Source: Octopus sinensis
Lineage: Eukaryota
Length of the DNA: 64,000 nucleotides
Direction of reading: 5' to 3'
Assembly: GCF_006345805.1 (NCBI RefSeq)
Contig: NC_042998.1
Location: 124,372,001-124,436,000 of the forward strand
Under the pieces are notes generated by a model, which did not search any database, was not told the DNA's origin, and saw nothing but the letters and a program-made list of their open reading frames with translations. Below, piece after piece: positions 25,766 through 37,780 of the stretch (position 1 is the stretch's first letter; the number at the start of each line of letters is the position of its first letter). The position numbers were made by a program, and so were the translations under genes.

Positions 25766-26911
25766 ATGTCGCAGTTGAAAGAAGTATTAATTGAGAAGGA
25801 AGTTTTGAAGAAATACTTCGAGGATTTCAAGAAGGAGGGTGATTGCTTACGGATCACACCGTCGGAGGAAGACGCAGAAAAAGCGAGGAAAAAGATTATT
25901 GTATATAGAACGTTGGAGTGTGGCCAACAAGAAAATAGAAGTGGTAGGAACAGACGGTATTAAGGAATGTCTTACGGAAATTAAAGACAGAACGACCTTC
26001 TACGCAAGAGGAAGGAAGTTCGCCACCGTGGAGGTGCGGTCTCAAAGTGAGGAGGAGGCCAAGAAACACGCTACCATGATATTAAGAACAGCTAGGTGGG
26101 TGCTTCTTCCGTCCTATTGTGGAAAACGAGCAGTTATGGTGAAAATAGGAAAGGTGCCGCCGGAGTTAAAGGTAGAGAGACTTGTAGCAGCGATAATTTA
26201 TAACTGTAAGGAGGATGTGGACATCCTAAAGGTTGAAAAATCGAGAGATGTCAACCGGTGGGGTTGTGGTGTGGAAGCACTGATACATATGACCCTGCCA
26301 GATTTGTATAACATTGCGGAATAGTTAGTGCTCCCCGACGAAACCCTACTGAGAGTTGTGGTGGAGGGGAGACCAGCAATATGTTATAACTGTAAAAGAA
26401 TGGGACATATGCAAGCAAGGTGTCCCCTAAGAGAAGCGCAGGCAGAAGAGGTAGAAATGTGCAGTGACGCTGCGAGAGCGGAGGAAGAAGAAAAAGAGGA
26501 AGAGGAAAAGTTGAAGAAAAAACGGCAGAAAAAAAGAGAAAAAGGGTGGAGTCATCACCAAAAAGCCCAAAGAAAAGTAAAGTAGAAAATGAAGGAAGAA
26601 AGACAACAGCAAGTGGAAAAAGTACAGAGAGTCGAACCCAGGAACTGAAGACAATGACTATGAGTGAAGAAGGTAAAACCAGAAAAGAGAAATACGAAGA
26701 ATGGATGAGGAAGGTGATGGAAAGAGTAAATTATGTAAAACAAACAGGACGACCTAGGAGAGAGAATGTAAGAAGGTTAATTTTTTACGAAAAAAATATG
26801 AAGATTGAAAAACAATTAACAAAAACAAAAGGACTGACACGAGTGAAATTAGAAAACGGCATGTTCGAACCAAGCGTTAGAACGGTGTTAATAGAAAAAG
26901 AAAAAAAATAG
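25766..26911 (+). pseudogene. Disrupted ~380-codon Gag/ORF1-like nucleic-acid-binding protein with one CCHC zinc knuckle
   Basis: ORF-track pieces 25766-, 25839-26324, 26328- and 26546-26911 join across a frameshift near 25905, an in-frame TAG at 26322-26324, and a frameshift in or near the A7 run at 26529-26535. Motif VVVEGRPAI-CYNCKRMGHMQARC (CX2CX4HX4C), followed by an E/K-rich tract. Confidence 0.75.
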
Positions 26912-27207
26912 ACAAATTGATAGAGACATTTAAAGGAAAGACTAAAGTAAGTAATATAGACGTTCGCTATGATAGCCTGCCCAACGTGATTGGGATGGAG
27001 GATGTTATCGAACATATAACTGATGGATAAGTGGAACAGTTGCAAAATGTATAAATGAAACTGCGAGCTTAGGGGACTCGTAAGCCATTCCATTTCCCAT
27101 CACACATAACTCATTTCATATTCATTATTTGTTTTATGTACCCCAAATTTTGCATTGTTTTCTATGTAAATTGTAATGTCCTTTTTATATTCAGGCTACA
27201 TGCCTAT

Positions 27208-27213
27208 AATAAA
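27208..27213 (+). promoter_or_regulatory. Candidate polyadenylation signal AATAAA immediately before the second hammerhead
   Basis: AATAAA ends just before stem I of HHR2 and lies about 300 nt after the ORF stop. Confidence 0.4.
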
Positions 27214-27222
27214 GAGAAAGCG

Positions 27223-27277
27223 GATTGTCGTGTGCTGTTGACGGGTCAATACCCAGAAACTGCAGTCCGTGCGTATC
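27223..27277 (+). ncRNA. Second hammerhead copy with A6U core (CTGTTGA); cleavage would be after C27267
   Basis: CGTGTG-CTGTTGA-C-GGGT(CAAT)ACCC-A-GAA-ACTGCAGT-C-CGTGCG. Confidence 0.7.
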
Positions 27278-27513
27278 ACTTAGGTTGACAAGGGAATGAT
27301 GGCCTCCCTTTGCAAATACCGATAGGTCACATAAAGTGTGTCAATAGCCAGCTAGAGAAGATGTTCTCCTGGGGCTACAAGCTACAGTAACATCCACCCT
27401 TAGTGGTTAGCCATATTTAGAAGGGAGATATACTTCACATTGTCGTGCAGTTACTGTCTATATCTCGTTCAGAGATTTATTATTGCTTATATATATTTTA
27501 TATATATATATAG

Positions 27514-27550
<37 letters not shown>

Positions 27551-27978
27551 TATATATATATATATATATATATTCACATCAAGATACATATGTACACCAT
27601 AACCTATATACGCATACAGATATATTTTTAAACTGTCTGTTATATAGAAAATTAAAATAAGAAAATTGTACTCTAAATTAATAGAATATAATTAAATGTA
27701 ACATGAATATATAGATTTTTTAAATATATAAAATTCAAAAATAATTTAAAATTTAAATATGAAAATGAGTAAGAAATGACAAAAAATTTAATCTCGCCAA
27801 AATTTTTATTTACATTCGCAAAACAGTCCAAGGCTTTCTTACAAGTCGCTTGTATATTATGAAGGCAAAATATGTACCAGTATTGTAACACTAAAAAATA
27901 TCTATATTTTAGGTGTAAAAGCCAAATTCAATGCGAAGGTCAAAAATTTCCTACCCATTCGGTATTTTTAAAGTGATA

Positions 27979-28076
<98 letters not shown>

Positions 28077-28080
28077 TATA

Positions 28081-28124
<44 letters not shown>

Positions 28125-28144
28125 TAAAGGCGCATAAGTATTTA

Positions 28145-28193
<49 letters not shown>

Positions 28194-28584
28194 GCATATA
28201 TACACATATGCATATATGTATGTGTGAGTGTGTCTATGTGCGTGAACCCATGCAGTTGTAAGACATTTGTTGACATAAAACATTAATTATGTATCTGGTG
28301 GATTATGAGCATCGACAGTTGTGCACGTGTTAATGCACAATTTAATTTTGGAAAGTTTATATTTATCTGATGATTATGTGAGTTATTCACCTTTAGATGA
28401 TGGTGTACATACCTATCTTTGTATGTGTTTGTGCGCGCGTGTATGTGCGTGTATGCGTGTAAGTGTGCGTATGTGTGTGTGCGCATGTTCCCATGTGTCT
28501 GTGTTTGTAGATAGATATCGATATATGAACGTATGTAGGTATACATACATGCATACATACATATATGCATATCTACCTATCTAC

Positions 28585-28650
<66 letters not shown>

Positions 28651-29164
28651 ATATATAACAAGTTTATGTGACTTTAAGGCTCCTTCAAATTAGAAGCATT
28701 AATTAATCATTATGAATTAAAGTTATATGTGCTAGTCGTGTTATATGAAAATATGAAAATAAATTAATACAAATTAATATCAGTCTGGAAGCAACGTTCA
28801 TCATAATAAAGGTCACTGATCCTGATTGTGAAGAATTTCCTGACCGCACAATATACTATAAGATTTATTTTTAATTGCCAATTTCACTCTCTCAGGTGTC
28901 ATATTTTGGGGCACACAAATACACGGAACACACCATCTTCTCGGTAACATTATTTCCGTCTGTTGCATTTCATTTCTTCTTTCTCTTCCCCTCTCTCTTC
29001 TCTCTCCATCTCTCCCTCGTTTTCTCTCTTTCTTTCTTTCTATCTATCTGTGTATGCAGAAACACGCACACATATATGTGTATAGTATGTATATATTCAT
29101 ATATAATACTTCATTGTCATATGCTTATTTGTGTATGTTTTTTTTTATATACGTATATGTATAT

Positions 29165-30057
29165 ACTAGCTCACGAACCCGGTAATTGCCTGGAAAGCGG
29201 GGCTTATCCCTTGGTTCCGTTCTCATAATTGTTTAGCTAATCCAATAACAACAATACAAAATATGTACCCCTTTGTGCATTTACAGAGAATACCGAACAC
29301 TCTTACGCGGGATCTTGTTTTTAGGAATTCCCAATAAGTTATGAATACCCAAATTGTGAATAAGTTATGTAATAACATGAAATTAGTTACCCGATAGTAA
29401 GAATTCAAATAACGTAGCCCCGAAAGGGCTTTAATGCGTCCCCAGAGATTATAAAGCTTAGGAGGAAATACTAATAAGGTATGTATACTAAAATCGTGAA
29501 ACCTGTTACGTAATAACAGCCTAATCAGATATGAGATATTAACAATTCAAAGTAAATAACTCTGAAAAATGGCTTTTGTGCATTCCCAGAGAATATTACA
29601 CTCAGTGGCACTAGTTTTGGTATATTCGTGAATAAGTCACTAACCGAAATAAGTTGATGTATTGTGTAGGAAAATACTATTTACTTATTTAAGGGTTCTA
29701 CTGGATAAATTGCGAAAATAATTGTACCAGTTCGAATACTGAGAAGTAAGCATATTCAATTTGATTTATACAAAATGATTTAGGAAAATTTCTCTTGGCT
29801 GTTAAAATCTTGGCTAATGGGTTATTTCCCTTGAGTGTTAAAATGAAATATATTAGATATATATAAGGATCCTTACCAGGGGCCCTATTATCGATTTTTT
29901 CAACAATCTGAAAACCCCATGAGGTTTCCAGAAATGAGCTCTACTCATCAAGTTTCATCAAAATCGATAAAACGATGTAGGTGGAGTTAGGTAACTCCAC
30001 CTACATCCACAAAAACACCCACAGACAGAATTTCCCACAGTTCTATATTTAAGAGAT
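29165..30057 (+). mobile_element. Putative non-autonomous Helitron-like element
   Basis: 5' ACTAGCTCACGAACCCGG; 3' AAGTTTCATCAAAATCG..hairpin..CAGACAGAATTT..TATATTTAAGAGAT, a layout recalled from invertebrate non-autonomous Helitron-like families. No coding evidence. Confidence 0.4.
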
Positions 30058-30062
30058 GAGGA

Positions 30063-30303
30063 ATTATTTACATTATTTACATTATTTACAATTGACGGAT
30101 ATTTGCACTCATCTTGTTTGTTGTTAACACAACGTTTCAGCTGATATATCCTCCATCGAAAAACAACTTAGGAAGGAGAACCCAGGTTCTAAATTTCCTC
30201 AAGACACCTGTTGAAGGGTGGAGGGTATATCAGCCGAAACGTTGTGTTAACAACAAGTAACAACATATATATATGTCAATAATGTAAATTATGTAAATAA
30301 TGT
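30063..30303. repeat. Imperfect inverted repeat (PLE pseudo-LTR-like) with hammerhead-like motif at 30203-30248 (+)
   Basis: Arms ~30063-30155 and ~30219-30303. Motif GACAC-CTGTTGA-A-GGGTG..CAGCC-GAA-ACGT-T-GTGTT. Confidence 0.65.
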
Positions 30304-30358
30304 AGAATCCCCCCCACACACACACACATATATATATGGATGTATGTATATATACATG

Positions 30359-30430
<72 letters not shown>

Positions 30431-30665
30431 AAAAAGGAGATGTGGAACACGAGTTGTGATATATAAAAAAGGAAATGAAGAAAATGCTGACAAAATAATT
30501 TAAGTAAGGGAGAGTGTATTTAATTAGGTGAAAGTTCTTTTTACCGGTTGCGCATTTGTTATGCTTATCAAAAGATATTTTGAGTGAGATAGAGTTCCTT
30601 TCTGATTTGATTTTTTCTCTTATTTTTTTCTCTTATATATATATATATTATATATATATATAATA

Positions 30666-30716
<51 letters not shown>

Positions 30717-30732
30717 GATAGATAGATAAATG

Positions 30733-30782
<50 letters not shown>

Positions 30783-30825
30783 TATATATATATATATATA
30801 CATCTATATATGCATACACATATAT

Positions 30826-31085
30826 AGACTATCATCATTAGTAATGAGACTTGTGTCGATGCGTTCTATCATTTTTCTTGAAACCGAAAAACTGGCGAGC
30901 GTGCACTACACCTCTGTACTCTACTCTAGGAATAACATCCGAGAACTGATGCGGCCTGCTGGCGCGAAAATGTTCACACATGTGCAGAAAGGGTGGCGTT
31001 ACCTCTCACCCAAAGTATTTTTCCCCACGCGGCATAGCTTTGGTGGGGGGAAATAAAGTTGGATACTTTTTGAACGCACCTCGTA
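30826..31085. mobile_element. Mariner-derived non-autonomous relic
   Basis: Ends ..ACTTTTTGAACGCACCTCGTA, mariner TIR-like and similar to 15760-15771. Left end eroded. Confidence 0.5.
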
Positions 31086-33369
31086 TGGACAGACGATACA
31101 GCATCTCAGTGTCACATCGTGTCATTTATAAAACACTATTGTGTATTGAATAGAGAGTGGAGTGCATCATGCGTGTACTCAACAGTGAATATTATAAAAT
31201 TATAAAATTAGGTGATGGATTTATGAATAGGTATTCTAAGTGTAGCGCTCTCTCGTGTGAAACAACAGTGGCTGGACAGAACTACTTTACCAGAATGTTG
31301 GATAAGAAACAGAATATCAAGGATAGACAAGGTTAGACAAGATACCAAAGAAAACCGACAAGAATAGCAGGGTCTCCTAGATCTACCTTTTACATTACAT
31401 CTCACTTAAGCAGCTACCCCTTTGCCATCCAAGAACAAGAGTCTACTAAACACCAGATCGATAAGAAATAAATACGCGGCTAAACCTCCACGTTGTAATA
31501 CAAAATGTCTAACGTACCAAATGAGTGAGGAAGGTATCACCCAACCTTCATAATCTGTCAAAATATTCGTAAGCTTATCTCTCTGTATATGAGAAACAAC
31601 ATTTTCTCTAAAACCTATCCGCAGCAAGTGTTACTCTGATTGTCACACACTAGAACCAGAAATTCATCTACATCTTTAAAATGAAAGTATATCCTTTAGT
31701 GGAGGTATTTCTACATAGTAAGTGCATATAAAGTAGTGTTTTCTGTATGTAATATAGTCTGATCAAGACTGAACAACTGCAGTCATTTAATTAATTGGTA
31801 TCGTTAAGTTTCTTCTAGCTGTATTTAAAATGTACAAGCAAATGAGAGAACTTGAGTGAATAGAATCAGTTGATTGAGATTTTCCATAAAATCAAACATT
31901 TGAACGAAATAAGAAAGTTTGGACTCCAATCAGAGAATGAATCTGGAATTTGAAATCAACTGTTGAAAGTCATTTACATGTTCCGCTCTTATTAGACTTG
32001 TCCAGCGAAAAATGTTTCATTAATATCATCTTCAAATTCTTTCGACAACATTACTTTTCATCCTACTGGCGACGATATAATGATTATAATCCGAACAGAA
32101 GGCAGGATTAAATCGATTGTATCCATTCCAGACAAACATGATACCTGTGTACGAGTGTAAAGTATCAATTATTGTTAGTAGACACGCATTCAGACACGCT
32201 TTTGAAAGAAGAGTTTTCGATCAAGCAATTTTCGAAACGTCTTTCTTTAACTACTTTTGTGTCTCATAGATGCATAATATTTTTCTTCTGGCAAAATATC
32301 AAGAGTGCATTACGATTAATAATCATCAGCCATTTTCACATACCTATATCTAAATAAAAGAACATAATTATAAATATAAATTGTCTATCATATACCCTAG
32401 TGAGAAGAGAAATTAATATATATAAGTAGTTAACAGATTTGATGATCATACTGGATATGAATGCCAATACAAGAACACAATAAGAAATGTATTGTGAATC
32501 TCATTTCCTACTTGTTATTAATGAAATTAAAGGTGTATTTGTGCAATAGAGTTTAAAAAACGACACCATCATACCATTTTCCTACAGTTAAGTGATCAGC
32601 ATTCTTTCAAGGAAAACCAAAAGTAGATAAAAAAAATAAAGAATACTACAACATATTTTTATTATGTTTAGGGAGATAGCGCCAATAATGTAAAATAGGT
32701 TATTCACGATATAAGCGAAGCCATTTCATTGGAATTGTTTCAAAGAATGCTTCAATGTCACAGGAATTTGAAACGTGCTTGATTGGTTATATGTCTTCTG
32801 AAGCAATATGATGTATCTTGCCAAATAAGTTAATGGAGAGAAATTAAACAAGATATAGCCTTTTGTTCTCCTAGATAGAATGGAAATCTAAAACTCATTA
32901 TGGGACACAAAATGGAATTCTTTTTTTATATATATATATATAATTCTCTATTCTTTTGGTGATTCTTTCAACGAACCGAAAATTGTTTCATATATATTCA
33001 ATAATTTCGGTGGGAAATTTTGTCAAAAGGGAACGCACACGCTAGTAGGACAAACAAAGTATATATTCAGAATATGAATGGTCTTATGAAAGCATTATAA
33101 TTGTAATGTGTGATAGACAGAGGGGAAATTTTGAGAATTGATAAAAGAAATTGCTCTTTGAAGAATTATGGAAGTAAAAGCTTTAGAGAAGACGCTGTTA
33201 TGTGAATTATATGTGGGCCGACGTCAGCGAGACAAGGGACAAAATGTTGAATTGTATGTACGCACGTGTATATATAAGTATATGTACAAGTATACGAATA
33301 CATGTTTATATATAAATGTGTGTGTATGTGCATATATATGTGCATATGTATTCACACACACATACACAC

Positions 33370-33446
<77 letters not shown>

Positions 33447-34628
33447 CATACATACGTAAACTGACAGACAGACGCAAAAAGTTATGATAAAAGTTTGAAA
33501 GTGATCTAACTGGATCTCTGTTCGATTTTATTATTAATAAATATTTTGTTCGATCAACTTATCTACCTACTCATTCACATATGATGTAAATGGCTGAGTA
33601 TTCCGTGGTCGCACATTTCCTTCAATTTCTCCCAAGACTGAATCAGTACGACATGGTATCCAATGCAGTTGAATGTTAGGCAAAATCATACGACGCTCTC
33701 CCACAAAGATGTTGTGGGACAAATTTCACAACGATTTAGTCGACAGAAAGTAATGTTAGTAGACACTTCACCAAGATAATAGATAGTACTCCAGCAGTCA
33801 CTTCGTTTTTCTAGCTGTACTAAATAATTTAGTAAGAGGATATTTAACAACCTCTAACACGTACACACAGACATTCACATATATACAGAAACACGGATTT
33901 CAAACAATATGTATTTACAAGTACTATGCAAACTCAATTGAATAAAAATAATATGGAGTCACACGCAATTGAAATATATGTTTTTCATCCCGATAAGTAA
34001 AACTTTTATCCCAAAGTACTGGACACGTGAAAATGCACTCAAATGTTTCGTCAAGTACGAAAATAAGAGGGTAATCTGAATTGATCTAGTTGTAAAACAA
34101 CACACAGAACGTGTACGAGAGTACACGATGAATGTCATACTACAAATTAGAAATACTTACATATACGCACGTATACATATATATACACGTATATACCGGA
34201 CTAATACATTTGCCCGTCTGACACCATGTGCTATATCATCAGGAATATCATCACTGTGAATGTGATGACACGGAGCGAATATATATTTATTTATAAAGGT
34301 AAGTCCATTATTTAAAATAACGATCATAACAAGTGGTCAGCATGGAAAAAACGATGTAGGTAATAATTACTATAGATATATACTTACAGAAATATACTTA
34401 TAATTAAGTGTACTGGGGAGGTACCGCCATACTAGATATAGAAGTCAAAACTGGCTCTAAAACTACATCATGTAATTATATAGCACAGGTGAAAAGGTAA
34501 ACGAACAAAAGAAATTAGCAAAAAAGTAACGGTTGGTCCCAGATCGACGATTTCAAGCTCAGTAATAAGATGCTTTACCTTCACCAGTGGCGATATACCA
34601 AAATTAGTACGTAATTAAAAATATATAT

Positions 34629-34687
<59 letters not shown>

Positions 34688-34917
34688 ATATATATATAAT
34701 ATATATATTATGTGAAATAGAAAGATGAATAATCTTGTAGTAGATTAATCAAAAGTTTAACCGATACCTTAGTAGCAAAAATCACAGCAGTAAACAGCAC
34801 GGTTGGAGGTACAACCATCTGGCGTTGCAACCGTGCGTTGGTGCGGATAATTGAAATTAAAACATTATTGGTGAATTGAAGAAATGGAGCTGAATGCAGA
34901 TTGAACAGAAATCGTTT

Positions 34918-35011
34918 TATTTCATTCTACACGTGTTTCGAAAGGCACAAATTACCAAAATCCGATTGAATAATGGGACCATATTGTGTCTTTCTCTTCA
35001 GGAAGAAAAAA
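34918..35011 (-). ncRNA. Mirror copy of the 35190-35283 hammerhead on the minus strand
   Basis: TCTTCAG at 34995-35001 is the reverse complement of CTGAAGA; follows from the palindrome. Confidence 0.75.
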
Positions 35012-35189
35012 GGAAATCCGTTGGAAAAACAAAAACAGAACAGAGGCGGAGCAAAAAACAAATCGAACTGTGCTCCTAAGAGCCCATGGCGAAACTCTTG
35101 GCGAAGTTTCGCCATGGGCTCTTAGGAGCACAGTTCGATTTGTTTTTTGCTCCGCCTCTGTTCTGTTTTTGTTTTTCCAACGGATTTCC

Positions 35190-35283
35190 TTTTTTCTTCC
35201 TGAAGAGAAAGACACAATATGGTCCCATTATTCAATCGGATTTTGGTAATTTGTGCCTTTCGAAACACGTGTAGAATGAAATA
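35190..35283 (+). ncRNA. Type I hammerhead ribozyme with canonical core and long stem II; predicted cleavage after A35273
   Basis: TTC-CTGAAGA (35200-35206)-GAAAG ACACAA..TTGTG C CTTTC-GAAA (35262-35265); palindromic helix III ACACGTGT; GTA triplet; stem I TTC/GAA plus an extension. Confidence 0.75.
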
Positions 35284-35361
35284 AAACGATTTCTGTTCAA
35301 TCTGCATTCAGCTCCATTTCTTCAATTCACCAATAATGTTTTATATATATATATATATATA

Positions 35362-35691
35362 ACGATACATCCCGGACTGATATCAGTTTCTACCTCTTTC
35401 TAGCAAAACAGACAGAATATGTTTGCTAAGGCCGGTTTCATCAGCGAGACGCCTGAGTTACATCGAGATGCGCAGCGCGTTAGACCATACGTTGATCTAA
35501 ACAACTTGCAGATCTTAACTTTTCAAATCTCTGCGCAGACGCAAAATCTACCCGGTAATATAGGGCATGCCGGGAAAAAAATTTACGAATAAATCTATCA
35601 AGTAATATGTGATGAAATCGGCCTTAGCAAACATATTCTGTCTGTTTTGCTAGAAAGAGGTAGAAACTGATATCAGTCCGGGATGTATCGT
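35362..35691. mobile_element. Putative MITE: 82-bp TIRs (one mismatch), 166-bp spacer, TA flanks
   Basis: 35362-35443 is the reverse complement of 35610-35691; TA at 35360-35361 and 35692-35693 fits a Tc1/mariner-type TSD. Confidence 0.55.
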
Positions 35692-36009
35692 TATTAGTAA
35701 ATGTTTTTGATTTTCACTCTCGATAAATTTATCCCTTTTTTGTGTCCCTAGCATTTGGCATCCTTATTTAGGAGCCCTTAATTATATTTCTACATGAATA
35801 ATATTTTGTCTAATGACTAATTCGTCTTTTGTGCTGGGCCACTGGTAGTAATCTATATTATTACCCTTTTGATTATATATATATACAACATACGAATAAT
35901 TACATATACACACGTATACATACATATATATGCACGTATATACCAGGCTAATACAATAAACACTAAGACTATACACAAACCAGATTTCCTGAAATGTCCC
36001 GGGTGATGC

Positions 36010-36520
36010 TTATAAATGGTAGGTAGTTTTCGCTACCTATGGGAGCAAATTAGCAGTAGAATAAGAACGGGCTGGTGTACGAAAGGTCTCACCTTCAACG
36101 TGAAAAATAGATGGTATGACGTCTTTATACGAACTGGTATGCTACATCAGATTGAAACATGGGCTATGACTACTGAGGCCACACAAAGGCTTGCCTATCC
36201 CCAGGACAGGCAATGTCAGTGCGCATGTACAACAAAGTGTAAATGAATTAAGGAGAAAATTGGGTATAAGAGGCATCAGATGAGGTGTGCAAGAGAAAAG
36301 ACTGCACTGCTATAGTCATGTGATGGGTATAGATGAGAAGGACTGCATAGAAATATCTAATTATGGAGGAACACGTGAAAGAAGATGTGGGGCGGGGTAA
36401 TGAGAAATTATTTTCAGATTTTGAGCCTCAAAGAGTAGATAACGAAACACAAAATTCTCTGGCGATTTTCTGTGCTTAAGGAGACTCGTTGAGTCAGTAA
36501 AATCGTGGTCATACATACAG
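36010..36520 (+). mobile_element. RTE-clade LINE 3' fragment, degraded
   Basis: GSFRYL..ISSRIRTGW..VKNRWYDVFIRTGMLHQIETWAM resembles the RTE post-RT region (FxYLG..RxxxAW..LxGxETW). Confidence 0.55.
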
Positions 36521-37269
36521 ATATGTCCTTTACGACTATGCTTACACACAGTCTGTCTTCTGTCAAAACACTCATACAATCCATCTTCTCACATACCTCC
36601 ATCCCACTACCCATGACCACCACCCACTGCTGGCTCCTCCACTCTACCTCAAGTGCCTTTCCACATTCTCTCCATGCTCTAACATATCTATCCCCACTAT
36701 CCACTCCATTTTCTCTCACCATCACTCCTTACAGCCATGTTTTCTCCATTTCTAAACTTCTCCCCTCGATCTCTTATGGAACATCTCTCTCTATACGCTC
36801 TTTACTACTTATACTCACCTCATTGTTCCCTGAAGATATGCCCCATTACTTCTCCAACGCCATCTATGAGATATTTGTATCTGTGGTAAATGTGTTTCGT
36901 AGAACAAAGGGGCTAATATGATGTGGGTAATTGACAGAACAATCTTAAGGGAATTTTTCCATTTTTAATGGATTGGAGGATTGACTGATGCCTTGTGCAT
37001 TGAGCAAAACTGTTGAGACTGGAGTTGCACTCAATAGAGAGTTATGGCTTATCTACAGAGAAGAGGATCCTTTTTTAATCTCTTTTTCTAGGTTCTGCTT
37101 TGATAAAAAAGAATTTACATTGTTAGATACAATTTGTTGGCTGAAGTTGTGGTGTTTTGCTGGCTGTTTGATTTGTTAGTGGTCCTACTGAATGTTCTCC
37201 ACTTTCCGTAGTTTGTGGAAAAATCCGTGCCGAGGCTGTTGATCTTGGCGTCTTTTCGGTTTTGTTCAA

Positions 37270-37780
37270 GCTGGATGCTTTTTTTTTTTCACCTGAGTTG
37301 TGGGAAAGGTACATGCCGGTACTACTGTAACATAGAATGATTGTATGGAGATTTGGGGGATGGCTAGAAGTGTTGTTTTTGATAGTACGTCAAGCCCTGA
37401 GATTATGATCTGAGCGTATTTATCCACATCATACGATATGAAGTAGTAATTTGCTTCAGTTTGTTTGGAATTTTCTTTCCCGGTGGTTATCAAACAGGTG
37501 GGAAAATCTTTAGGCAACGAGATTTACACATGTGGCATGGATGTTATCATTTTGCAAAACAATGAAGCATGCGTTAGGGAAAATTTCGATTTCACTATCA
37601 GACCATTTGTGATTTTTGTGTACGTGTCATGTCGATATTCTGGCGTTTCTGTGCTTTTCAGCTGTTCGTGTTGTTGTTGTTGTTGTTGTTAATTAATGAT
37701 TCTTTAGTTTGGATTTATAATGTTGGGTTCGTAATCATGCCGAAAAAACAAATGTATTTAAGTTGGTCTCGCTTAGTTTG
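37270..37780 (-). pseudogene. Possible ancient PLE RT N-terminal relic
   Basis: Minus strand DYEPNIINPN*RIIN resembles DHKPNFxxNPxxRLINP, and FISYDVDKY resembles FxxFDxxxFY. Interrupted by (AAC)n. Confidence 0.3.

Larger units (their letters stand above)
25207..27488 (+). mobile_element. Hammerhead-flanked ~2.0-kb retrozyme-like or PLE-dependent element encoding a Gag/ORF1-like protein
   Basis: 131-bp direct repeats 25247-25377 and 27223-27353, each with an HHR. Further repeated blocks: 25377-25428=26987-27038, 25426-25477~27437-27488, 25207-25253~25511-25571. One ORF, no RT; ends in (TA)n. Confidence 0.75.
34858..35343. repeat. Perfect palindrome: 239-bp arms with an 8-nt loop (35097-35104)
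   Basis: 34858-35096 reads as the exact reverse complement of 35105-35343; mirrored ORFs in the ORF track agree. (TA)n on the right flank. Confidence 0.95.

Noticed and set aside
25207-27488. Reading the HHR element as a DIRS/Ngaro split-direct-repeat element, or as gag of the adjacent Gypsy
   Set aside because: No RT/RNase H or tyrosine recombinase between the repeats, the repeats contain hammerheads, and the Gypsy relic is on the opposite strand and truncated at the junction. Not fully excluded without other copies.
31406-31627. 73-aa minus-strand ORF with protein-like composition
   Set aside because: No clear acceptor, no recognised domain, and a length expected by chance.
35444-35609. 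Hammerhead in the spacer or arms of the 35362-35691 inverted repeat (minus-strand CTGATGAAAC, TTGAAAA)
   Set aside because: Core, stem II and GAAA could not be put in the correct order.
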